Positions 36,456-48,519 of a stretch of 64,000 nucleotides of DNA are shown here, one piece after another. Positions within the stretch are counted from its first letter, which is position 1. Each line of letters opens with the position of its first letter. The DNA comes from Phoronis australis. Taxonomy: Eukaryota; Animalia; Phoronida. The position numbers were made by a program, and so were the translations under genes. The notes below the pieces were generated by a model. The model saw only the letters and a program-made list of their open reading frames with translations. It was not told the origin of the DNA and ran no database searches. The stretch spans positions 155,263-219,262 of the forward strand of contig NMRA01000236.1 of assembly GCA_002633005.1 (NCBI GenBank), given 5' to 3'.

Positions 36456-38200
36456 AGTAGTAGTAGTAATAATCTTTATTTAAAAGTCGGTGAGACTTAA
36501 CAATGAAACGGTAGCACAAGTGCTATTATCCGACAAATTTAAAATCTACAAAATGAAGATACAGAACTAAAATACTAGCTAATTCTACAGTACGGACAGA
36601 ACTTAAAACAAAAAAGTACACATACATGTTACGGAGCGTGTAGACATCCGTATCAGTTTTCACAAGAGCAGAACCCAGAGAAAAAGTTATGAGTAAGAGT
36701 GGCAAATTCATGTAAGGCAGTACATTGTCTCATTACTGATGGCAATGAGTTCCACAGCAAAGTACCTTTATAGCTCCTAGCCTTATGTAAGAGTTGTGAG
36801 TAGCTTGACTCGCTATCATTGAACACAAATTTTAAAGCACGGTGTTGTATCTTTTCCATTTTCCTACTTTTCTGTATTCCACATAGGTGCCAAACGAGGG
36901 GGCAGTGATTAAAATAGGATCTTATAAATGCATAATATAACTTAAGCTTACTGTTAATGCCTAAAACATTACGAAGACGGAACAAGGCATTCATTTGTCT
37001 AGAAGCTTTTTTGCAAATAACATCAACGTGCTCATGGAATTTTAACTGGCTGTCAAGTTGGACACCTAGCAGCTTAACGGACTCTTCACACTCAATCATA
37101 GTATCACCAGACATGAGATACCTATCATTATTATGTACACGATTCCTAGAAAAGATGATTGACTTAAATTTACCAAGGTTTACAGCCATTCCATTAGAGG
37201 AGAACCAATCCATTGCCATCTGCCCAGCTACCTTGAGGCTGAGGCGAACTGCAGATAAAGAGGAGCCTGCTTGCAAGAGGGTATTGTCATCAGCGTAATT
37301 ATATAACTTTCAGTGACAGCTTATAGCGTAATACATATCATTGATGAAAATGTTGAATAACATGGGGCCTAAGACAGGCCCTTGAGGAACGCCCTTGGAG
37401 ACATTTAACCAGTCACTGACAGTGGAGCCAATTTTCACTCTCATCCTTCTATCACTGAGATAGGACATTATGAGGTTACAGGTATTCAATGTGCAGCCAT
37501 AGACTTTTAGTTTGGCAACAAGGAGCTCATGGGGGAGGCAATCAAAAGCCTTAGACAGATCAATTAGTATGCACCCAGCAAATAAATTATTATCCAGACC
37601 TAACCTTACATCTTCAGTTAGGCGCAACAAGACATCCTGACAAGAAAAACCTTTACGGAAGCACATAAATTTTCATTTAAAATTTCATCAAAATGTAGTT
37701 TCAATTGGTCTAGAATAAGTCTTTCAAAAACTTGGTTGACAACAGTTAGCACAGTAACTGGTCTATAACAGGATTTATCAATTCGGTCCCTTTCTTAAAT
37801 ACTGGGCTAACCTGACTTTTTTCAACATAGAGGGATACTCAGTAGAGGCTATACACTTGTTGAATATGGGTGTTAGGGATTTGCATATTACATCAGCGCC
37901 ATACTTGAGGAATCTCGAATGTAATGAGTCATAACCCATCGATTTATTGCATGTAATGCCCTTAAGCTAATAGCTTACACAGGACGTCGTTTTCAGTGAG
38001 AAGCGGAGGACCCGTTGAATCGATCCTTCTGCACTTTCGAAGAGAATCGAGGTGACACTCGGATGAGAAGTATAATCATTGTAAGAATTTACATTTGGAA
38101 ACTGGGAACTGATTGATTCCACCGATTCAAAAAAGTAACTATTAAAGATTTCAGCTACCTTATCAGCATCCGTGACAAAACTTGACCATTTTCACACAAC
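36456..38200 (-). mobile_element. CR1/L2-group LINE, RT domain to 3' tail, frameshifted
   Basis: FRKGFSC...IDLSKAFDCLPH...GVPQGPVLGPMLFNIFIND, YADDNT, VKLLGVQLDSQLKF; 3' end AATAAAGATTATTACTACTAC. Confidence 0.9.
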
Positions 38201-41200
38201 GTTATGACTTACACCTGTTCATCTAATTTGAGAGGAAACCTTTAGAACTAAAGGAGTAATTACATGACCTTTGCACCTAATGACCTCTTCTAACGCATTA
38301 TTGAATATGATTATATAATAAAACAAAATTTATATACCGGGTACTGCTACATTTCATACATTAAATTTGAAGTTATTAAGCATCAAAGTTGGTCGGAAGA
38401 AGAATGAGAATAAGTATAAAATTGAAGAAAACCTAGGGACAACAGTACCGGCTCTGCGCTTACACGCGCTGAGTAAATATGCCATAATTAGACGTGACTT
38501 TTCGCAAAGGTACAGACAGCTAGCTGTATGAACCCTTCCAATTTTCTCTAATTGTTTTATTACCTTTGTTAGTCGTACTATCATACCCGAACTAACAGAA
38601 CAAAAAGTTTTGTCAATGTCTTATTTGACATCGTGCTGCTTTCAATAAAAGTAAGAGGCACTTTTTGTTCACGAAAGAATAAGGAAATTACCCTCAGTAA
38701 AAATGAGGGACGAAGCCTTCCCTCAACTACACACCCTGCTGCATTTTGTGTGGCGATATGTTTTTAAAAATGCAAAACACCATCTATTACAGACATCTAC
38801 TTTCAACTCACATTGTTCATATCAGTGAAGCGAACTAGTTGGGGTAACTGTAATAGTCTTACTTTTCGGTCATTTTCACCAAGCAACTACTCTGTACCTA
38901 CCACGTATGATCACAGTCCCAGTACCATCGGTTTTTATAGATTTTGTGGGACGAAAGTGAACCAGTCGGCTTTCATTCCCCCTGACGTGATGACGCAGGA
39001 TGTCAGTCAAATGTGTCCCATGGTTATGAGCATCTAGTACGGTGCAAAGTTTCTTACTGTACTTACACTTAGGAACACACCCAACGTCTGGACGGTAGAA
39101 CCGCAGTTCCCAAAAATTCCTGACCGATGTGTGTCCAGTGCTTTATTCTTTGTATACAGCAACCGGCCACAGACACTCCGATAATGTATGGAAAGTAGAT
39201 TATTACGCAATAGCAGGCCTCGTCCACACAATGAGAAGGCTTGCAGTTACCTAACGCATAGCTTGATAAGAAGTCCACACAGTGAGAATGGCTTTCTTTT
39301 CGAATAGTACAAGAAGTCTGCGTGGCTTAGGTAAGACAAATTTTAATTTTCAGTCAAGTTTAAGATACGGTCTCAAGTCTGCATGACACGGCAGTTCAAG
39401 TTGTATTTTTACAGCAGCTTCAGGCTTTCATTGGGTGCATATTTGCTATTTTCAGTATTTTCGGCAGAGTTTGAGCTAAATCTATTTCTAAGTTAAAGTT
39501 TGCTTACATTTCTGACGATTTTTCTTGACTTCAGGTTCGTTGAGTAATATCTGTGTAGGGCATCCCGCCAGACGTTGTGGCTGATGCACGTCAGACGCTT
39601 CTTAAAAATGCTCGCGCGCGGTTCTTATCATTTTTAAGTAGAAAGTATTCTGAAATTTATCCTAAAATTGACAAAAAGACAGTGTTTACAGAAGTTGCAG
39701 TTTTGCTTTTGGGCTCGATGTATTTTGATTGTTTTGAGAACCAATTTAAAAATTGACTCATATTTGACCGTAGAGAACCTCATCTGGTGTTGTGCAATAG
39801 GTGACCAAAAGGAGGCATGCATTGGTAATGTTTATTACTTTTCTAATCCCAAATATATTGTGGAAAGTTCGGGATTTTTTGTGATTTAAATGTTCTGCTC
39901 AGGTGCAAAATTTCACGGTACATTAAGAAAAATTGTCAGCAATATTTTTATTTCACTTTTTTGTTTAGTTTTGAAAACGCATATCATAGTATTGCACTAC
40001 TTTCACGAATTCGCCATTATACTTCAAAACGAGGCGTCATGTCCCAACTACAATCTGGTTCTGCATGTTTGGAACCCGCATACTTTCACGTTTGCATTGT
40101 TAAAATGGATGCTAAAACGAGGCGTTGTGTCCAAAACAACAATCATTTTTGCAGTGCCACCAAAGTGTGCAAGTAGCGCAAGCTGAAGCCAAAGTGATGC
40201 TATACATTTTTAGGCCTACTCTTATTGTAGTGAATTGTGTGCAGAGGGAATTTTGGCGAGAAAGAAAGAAAGTAATTCTTCCATATTCACGGGTGAGAAA
40301 CAACATGACCGCCGGTCCTCTTAAATCAGACCGACTCACCCAAAACAGGATCTCTGGGGATCAAATGGGACCGTCGCACCAGAAAATGGGACTGACGCAC
40401 CTAAAAACATGACCGCCCTACCAGAAAACTGGACCGCCGGGGACTGAACATAACCACCAGGGATTCATACTCCTAGCGTAAAGTAATGGCGTAATTTCAA
40501 AGTTATTTAACCGTACATGAACATGAAAAGAGCATGTATTGACATTTAGTCGACTTTTAAAAGATTCCACGCAGACCCGTAACTTTATACAAACCTCATA
40601 CTTCACCAATTAAGCAGTAACCGGTAGTGTCCTCCGACGGAGATTAAAGTTCTTAGTTTCAGTTGTAAATTTGGCTTCACAAGAACAGACATTTTATTAA
40701 AAACACGTGCACCTTTGAGTTCGCCGAAAGCGATTATTTATCAAATTACATTACCTTTAATGAGATTGACCTGCAATTTAAGAAAAAACAGCGATAAATA
40801 AGTACAGCCAAATGAACTGCCTACCTTCCTAACAATATTAGCAGCGAAAATAATTGTCCAAGTCCCCAAATTAAGGTAAACACGATACAAACTACTTAGT
40901 TTGAACCAACGTGTCATAGGGTCACATGATCACGTGACACATCGTTTTACACTGCTGTCTGAACTAAGGAACCTTTTCGAATGTTTGCAAAATTGAAGTG
41001 ATGACATAAATTTGGCAGATATCGCGTTTTGCAAACTTGAAAAATACATTTAATTCAGAGTTGAATTATTACTATAATGCAGTCCGATCTTTATTGAATG
41101 GTAAACTTCAACATTTCCTGGTGCCAATGTGACATGGATGAGGGTGCAATAATAGAGATAAGATAAAGAATAGAACATTGAACAAAAATGTAATCTCATA

Positions 41201-41429
41201 CGGGCCTTGAATCTCATACGGGCCTCTCAAACTAACTATTTTTTAAAACTGTTTATTTCAAGTAACAGATAGTACAGAAAATAATACACGTGCTTGCCCG
41301 TTAACTCAAATCATTATATGCAGACAGAGGCATGGTTAAGATCACAATACAAAAACAATGAAACTTACATATATCACAGAGAGCAAATCAACACTGATGC
41401 ACACTTATTACACCAAATGGCACATATGG

Positions 41430-41437
<8 letters not shown>

Positions 41438-41461
<24 letters not shown>

Positions 41462-41487
41462 TTGTGTGTGTGTATGTGTGTGTGTCT

Positions 41488-41532
<45 letters not shown>
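41438..41532. repeat. (TG)n microsatellite
   Basis: Long interrupted TG run; a degenerate TG run also occurs at 10567-10660. Confidence 0.95.
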
Positions 41533-41535
<3 letters not shown>

Positions 41536-42435
41536 ATAACATACAAATACACACATGCGCGTGCGCGCACACGTGCGCACATACACATGCACATACATAA
41601 CCATCGACTGAAATATATTCATTTTTACCCGTACAAACCAACATAGATGCATGTACAGATTTACTCATGTCCTTATGAAATAGCATCAATCAAAAATGTT
41701 TTTTCACAATTACAAACAAAATAAAATTTACTACAACTTCAACAGGTGCCTGATAAGAAATAGCGTTTATTAAACGTGAACCATACAAGGGGAATAAAGT
41801 CTTATCTGTGCTACATGTATTTGGTAAAAGGGAATAATCATTGAAAATATTGCAACGATTATTCAGGACTTACAACAGGTCAGCTGTTTCACTAGCACTG
41901 AAAACAGTAGTTACTAATGGTTCAGTTTCTTGGCCCACCTGGACTGTGCGCAAATTTATCCTGGACATTGTGCTGGAATTTGGGAACGTTAACTTTGAAG
42001 ATGAAGACCGGATCTGAGATGATTCAGAATAATCTCACTACAACGCTCTGTAACCTTTGAACAATAAGTGGTGAACAAATTTCCACCCCGTTGAGGTGGG
42101 TCTGGGAAATCGTTTTTTTTTCTACCACAAACAGGCAAGACGTCGATTTAAGGTTCTCTAGAAACGAAAATAACGGATTCATCCACACAGGTCTTCAATA
42201 TTTCAAAAAGGCAAAAATTTATAAGTAAGGCCCTTAGATATCCTGAGATCTTGGTATTGAACGTATTGAAGTGCAAGTAATGAAGCCGTTGTATCTAATC
42301 GCAATAGTCAAAGTGAGACAAAATAAGAGATTCGCAAATGGTTTTCAGGTGACGACAAGTTACTGTTTTTTGAAATTGTTTGATTTGGTTGAACAGTTTT
42401 TGAATTTACTTGAACATTTCCGATCAATAAAGAAA

Positions 42436-44191
42436 TGATTGAACACACGACACTTTTCATTGTTGACAGTCTTTATTCCGTTTCGTTCATATCTTCGTAA
42501 TAAAACTCTACTCTCAACGGAACATAGATGGAGTAACTGACCTCGCGACATAATTAAAAGGTACACGATATTTCGAAACATACTTGTTTCATTCTCAAGT
42601 GAAGATAAAATGACGCAGTAATGCCACCACAGAGCATATTAAGCTGATGGCACACTCAGTGGGACACGGCGGGTGTGAAATATTGCAAGGAATGACTAAT
42701 GAAGGGGGGTAAGAGGAACGTCACGCAAACAAGTGTAAAGTGCGGCGCGACCCTGTTTGCTGCTCATTCAAAACAGGCTTCTCAAATGCAATCAAAAGGG
42801 ACTGTAATACTTCCAATCACAGCACATCGTGCTCTATGTACCGAATTGACGTGTTTTACACGATTTCTTGACGGGTGATTTTACGATCGTGACATTGCAG
42901 AAAATGATCTTGGATGGCGCTATTTTGAAGATGCGTAGATAACCGAGGAGAAAGACTGGAAACCATTTGACCAATGTAACATTGTTTGACATTTGAACGA
43001 AGACATTCGTTCATAGAGCATACAAACTCATAAACAACACTACACTGGGCAACGGGGCGGTCTTTCGCTTTAGAAATTTATTTTTCATGACCAAGTTGGA
43101 GGACTTCCTATTCCGATAATAAATAATAACATCAAGGCAATCATCTGGCTTTAACATTATCCCTAATAATTTTCTTAATGGCGTGTTCGTCATGGAGGTA
43201 ATTATTGGACATGACATTTTTGTAAAATATCTGACCTAGTTGATCAAATTTTCAAGTGTATCTATGAGAACATAGCGAAACATGAGCTCACGTCTCAGAA
43301 GAATCTCATGAAGAAACTGCGCAGTCTCTACCAGAGTGACGTTTATCTACCAGAGGAACGTGATACCTATGTGAACCTGTCTGACTATGATTTGGACGCT
43401 GCAGAGAAGGACTTTCTCGCAAGAAAGTTGAGTTGAAAAATCTGTATGATATTTTGCGACTGAAATATGATGGGTTCCTCAGTGTTAACCCTAACATACG
43501 AGAACAGCTTCGCTCTGAAGGCACTAAGTATAGCAGCAAAAAATCATCAGTGTGCTCTCTCCAGCCGTCTGCTAGATGCTTCTAAACGCCTCAAGAAAAA
43601 TGATGGAATCGTTATTAGCCGCGCCGACAAGTTTGCTCAGTATGTTATTTTAAACAAAGATGACTCTTCCGATAAACTTAGTCTATTAATATGTGACCCT
43701 GCCAAGTTTACCAGCATTAGTCGGACACCCCTCATTGAGCTTAAACGTGAATTATCACCCGTCAAGAAATCGTGTAAAACACGTCAATATTCGGTATATA
43801 GAGCACCATGTGCTGCGATTGAAAGTATTACAGTCCGTTTTGATTGCATTTGAGAAGCCTGTTTTGAATGAGCAGCAAACAGGGTCGCGCCTCACGTTAC
43901 ACTTGTTTGCGTGACTTTCCTGTTACCCCCCTTCATTAGTCAATCTTTGCAGTATTTCACTCCCGCCGTGTCCCACTGTATATGTCTCAAGCTTATGCTC
44001 TGTGGTGGCATTACTGCGTCCTTTTATGTTCAATTGAGAATGAAACAAGTATGTTTCAAAATATCGTGTACCTTTTAATTATGTCGCTAGGTCAGTTACT
44101 TCACCTATGTTAAGTTGAGAATAAAGCTTTATTCCGAAGATACGAACGAAACGGAATAATGACTGTCAACTATGAAAAGTGTGTTCAATCA
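42436..44191. mobile_element. Penelope-like (Naiad-type) element fragments in inverted arrangement, ~450-bp inverted arms
   Basis: 42436-42885 is the reverse complement of 43746-44191. Minus-strand IIYYRNRKSSNLVMKN...VV plus GIY-YIG region; plus-strand ASKRLKKNDGIVISRADK...YVILNKDD and RLKVLQSVLIAFEKPVLNEQQTG. Confidence 0.8.
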
Positions 44192-44249
44192 ATTCTGAAA
44201 AGTTGTTCCCGAAGTACAGCCAGATCAATAAAGAGTGAAAGTCAGCTTA

Positions 44250-45112
44250 ATATTTGTGGAGTTGTTTTATGATTTTAAAGATTGACATTTTGTCGTATTA
44301 TGTGGTGTAGTTTGCTATCGCGGAGATGAACTTAGCCCTCCATTTGGTTGCCTATTGTTGAAGTTCATCTCGTTCGTACTGAAGTCGTGTACCTGAACTG
44401 GAATTGTGTTTGGAGAATGGATAAAAATAGATGTATCGTCGGCGTAGAGGTATGCGTTTGCGTCGAGTGAGTAAGGAAGGTCGTTTATGTAGACAGAAAA
44501 AGAGTGCCGAAGCTGCTACCTTGAGGAACTCCGAAATTGATGTAACCCGGTGGCGAAAATTCTGACGCCGATACAGTTAGTGCGGTTACATAGATGCGAC
44601 TGCAAGAGAATGTGAATGTGCCAACGTAGTACTTATACCGGATAGGAAGCCGCATCGGAGAGGACATAACAAGTGCTTGTAAGATGTTCGTAGATTTTAT
44701 TAATTTTTTCTAAGCTTTTGGACATCGACTTTAAAGGAGTTGCTGACCGCTGACTTGGAATCTCTTTGTGGATAGGTATCATGATGTCGCATTTCACCAC
44801 CAGTGTCTTAATCTTGTTGAACAGTTGAGCAGTAATAGCATTTATCGACTAGTTTATTTGACTCGTTTCTTCTTTCTGCCGAAGTTGTGGACCATTGGAT
44901 AAGAAACGGGAGGAGATTGGATTGTGGTTGACTTTTCCTTGGGAAATGTCTGCAGAAAATATTTGCCTTCTCTATTCGAGATTCTGTCCTTTGGTTTGTA
45001 TCTGGGCATTTTAGAAGCGGTACTTTTTCCTTTTTCAGTCCTGTTTGCTCCTTAATTTGCTTCTTAACATCCAGCAGTCCGAGTAATTCTTTGATAACTT
45101 GTTGGTTGTGTT
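44250..45112 (-). mobile_element. Decayed LINE RT fragment
   Basis: FGVPQGSSFGTLF followed by NDLP...YLYADDTSI on the minus strand. Confidence 0.75.
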
Positions 45113-45908
45113 TACGGGTCTACGGGGGGGGGGGGGGGGNNGCGGAGCATGCAGTGGTCGTCCTTAAGTTGTTCCTCGTCAAAGGTAACAATATAGTCTC
45201 GAATTAATGTTCTAGAACATCGAACACTGAGTTGATTCTTCAAAGAATTCTGAGCAAAAAAACTTCAAAATTCCAAAACTCAACACATGGGTTTTACGGC
45301 GTGCACCAATCGTCAAATCTGTTTTTACCGGAATCGAAATAATCAATTTTTCAGGAATCCCCGTTGTATCATAAGTCGCAAAAACGAGGAGCTCAGGGTT
45401 AAATTCGAGTCTGCGCGTACGAGACTTGCAGAAAACGATGGATATGATTTTCGTACGCAAATTTCGTTCGGATGATAATAAAAGTTGCGACGGGTACCCG
45501 TGCTTTCAACTTTTAAAACCGCCTCGTCGGTTTTGTCGAATCCTATTGGACAGCCCTGACATCTTGAAATGCGACCATTTCTTTTCGTTAACACATACTG
45601 AAGGTTACTTATCCGTCCCTTTTGTGGCACCACTTCTTTATGGCTTGCAGCACACGGTACCGTGCAAGACGCATCTTTTTGCCTTTTCAAAGTTTTTTCC
45701 ATTTCGCTGGAACTTTGACACATCGCTCTTTCCCGGCTCATATTGCGACCAGGTTTCTCCATCGAATGTTGTTGATGCAATGTTGGTGTAGTGGTCTTCT
45801 TTTTCACAATTTTATCTTCTACAAAGAAGAAATTGTATTATCGAGAACATCTAGAATTTTCAAATTGTTGACTTGGACCCCCCTTTAAAAATCCTAGATC
45901 CGCCCCTG
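45113..45908 (-). mobile_element. CAGGGGCGGATC-terminated element carrying a 154-codon Cys/His-domain ORF (45343-45807)
   Basis: Terminus GATCCGCCCCTG at 45897-45908; probable other end at the G-run/N near 45115-45140; ORF contains GRISRCQGC...NFYYHPNEICVRKSYPSF. Confidence 0.5.
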
Positions 45909-47328
45909 TGTCGATACATTTTGGTGTTATCGTGTACGGGCTGCACATATGCAACAGAGTGCCCTAAACATGTCCTCACACTTCAGTACAACGCGTGGAG
46001 TTCATATACAGTTTTTGCAGATCAGACTATTCGCTTGGACCAGCTGCACGTATATGGTTCCACCTCGCTATGAAAGCAGGTATGTAAGACGTCAAGTGCA
46101 TTGCAGACACGAGAGTGGCGAACAAGCGACTCAATAATTTTGGAGAACGAAAATTCATCACCCACTGGAAACTCAAAAACAACACGGAAAGGCAGACGTG
46201 TAATGTCCTTCCCAAGTTAATCAGCAATGAATTTATTTTGTTTTAAAGACACTAATACGTTTTTGATCACACTTTTATAAATTTAAACAAATAAACTTGT
46301 TCCTTAGTCAACGAATAACGCAGATGTCGTCATTTGAAGTGCACGTTCCTTTTGACGAGAGCCCAAAGTCTTGTCTCTCGATTCCGAAAAATAGACCAAT
46401 TGCATGCTTTGACATCAAAAGAAATTCGAAATCTTTACGAACAAACCGTAGAAATACTTGATGAGCTGGTTGAATTCTGTATCAGAGAGACTTTCTGAAT
46501 AATGCAATTTATTCTGTTTCGCGTTCCAGGCCTCTTTAAGACAACGGAACCAGGTTAAATCAATCTTCGGAACAGAAACCGTATTTTGGAATAAACTGAA
46601 CAGCTGAGGCGATCCCGTCGAACTTTAGGCGCTGCGCGTATTGATCGATGTCGTAGGAATCGTCGCCAAGCCATTGTCAGTTCATTTCATTCTTAAACTC
46701 ACAGACTTCAAATTAGCAATATTCGGGCTGTTCACTCTCTGAATGGCTGAGAGATACATGAGGTTTCGGTTCAAAGCATACTTCAAAACAGACTCTAGGT
46801 AGCTCATTTTTCTGTTAAAAGAAACCCTTTTGCTGCTTGATTTCACTGACAAACCAATATGTGTGAATGCTTCCGGATGCGTATCGCATAAGAAAAAGGG
46901 GACCATGAGGAGCGTTCGGTAGGACTAGTATCTTACAAGTTTGGCGAGATCATCCACGTCTCCGCGACATATCGCCATGTATGGTAAAGTGAGCATGTGA
47001 ATGCACTACCCTTCGGTCGAGAATTACGAACATTACGAAACGTATCACAGACAAGAACGTAACTGGCAACATATTGGATAATTGCTTACATAAACTTTCA
47101 AAACTTAGCCAGTTGCTTCCTAGAATCAAATTTGGCAAAATGTTGTGAGAAAATTTACCAAATATTTACTTTACTCTTAAGTGTCATGGAGACAGAGAAC
47201 ACCAAAAATACAAAACTTTTTATGAGCCTTCTTCACTGGGAAATGGACGTTTGCATGTATATGTGAGTTAGAGCATAACACAACTATTGGGATGTAAGTA
47301 AACGCTGTAGTTTAGCTGCTTTGCTTAC

Positions 47329-47383
47329 CATTCAAGAAGTTGTCGCGTTCCTCTGTAGTTTCATGGGAGTAACACGAACCATT
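47329..47383 (-). CDS. Candidate further exon of the 2CARD gene (NGSCYSHETTEERDNFLN)
   Basis: Good acceptor ttctatttag| and donor G|GTAAGC, open in the phase left by exon 5; short, no homology support. Confidence 0.35.
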
Positions 47384-48519
47384 CTAAATAGAATGATATA
47401 TTTTAATAAATGCGTTTGCGAAACCAATAAAGGTTTCTGATTATGACCAGTACTATTATTGTTTACAAGTAACCGTACTTGTTCTGAATGTCATTTAAGA
47501 TTATCTCAAACCTTCTTTAGTTACCCTCAAAAAGGCTATGCCAACTGCTAAAAGTACATATATTCTGAAATAAAAAAGATCAGAGATTATGAAAATTTGT
47601 TTTTATTATTACGTTACCACCCTTTCAAGTAAAAAAATTCCTTTTAAGAAAGTTACATTCATAGCAAAATAACCCCTCCGTCAATTTTAATGAATCATTT
47701 TTTAAATGAAAACTTCGCAATTTACCTAAAAACACTGTAAGGAATTTTCGATTACTCATATATAGTCCATGAGCCAATCTTGTTTCTACGCCAAATTCGC
47801 TGGCAAAACTTAAGGTATTTTCGTATAAAAGTAGCAGTCATATTCTTCTATCTTACGTTACGCAAAAACTGGGCATTTAAAAAGAAAATCCTAAGATCGT
47901 TACTGAAAGTGATGAATAAATATCAAAATTGGAAAGTTTCAATGAAATTCAATGAGCAGTTTTCGAGAACTGATGTTCCTAAGTTCCAATGAAGTCGATT
48001 TGTATAAGTCGAGAAAAAGCGGAAATCATCAAAACAAGGTTTACTGGTATCCTTTTAAGTAAAGCAAGCGCCATTGTCCTCGGTGAACTGTCTACAAACC
48101 CATGTGCTCACTTGTCCTAACTGCCACAGTGTTCATACGACTGCAATGTTTGGGAAAATCATCGGTCAAGTGTGTGTTGCAGCATCGTATTAAATCACAT
48201 TTGTCATTTACGGTTCACCTACAACTGCGAAAAACATTATGGCACGCGCCGTGAAAAATGTCGATTTCTAACTCTTACTGCTGATTTCAAACCAGGTGTG
48301 CCTTCCGTGGACGTGAGAACCTCGCGAAAACGTAGATCACGCAATACTGCGAGACATACCATATACATGTGAGCAAAGCACGTGTTTACCAACTACCGCC
48401 TGCTTTGCAAAATTCTTGAGTCAACGGAACTCAGCCCAGTCTTGCATGCAATGCCGTGGATTTATTTTCAAAAAATAGTCTAATTTTAGCTCTAAGTGAA
48501 CGGGTCAATTTATAACAAA

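Noticed and set aside
38865-39033. Minus-strand frame ILRHHVRGNESRLVHFRPTKS vaguely like helicase motif Ia
   Set aside because: Weak acceptor, no other helicase motifs nearby, and it runs into a stop; likely coincidence.
41294-41689. Several VCVC/HTHT ORFs
   Set aside because: Translations of a (TG)n microsatellite; the same applies to 10566-10748.
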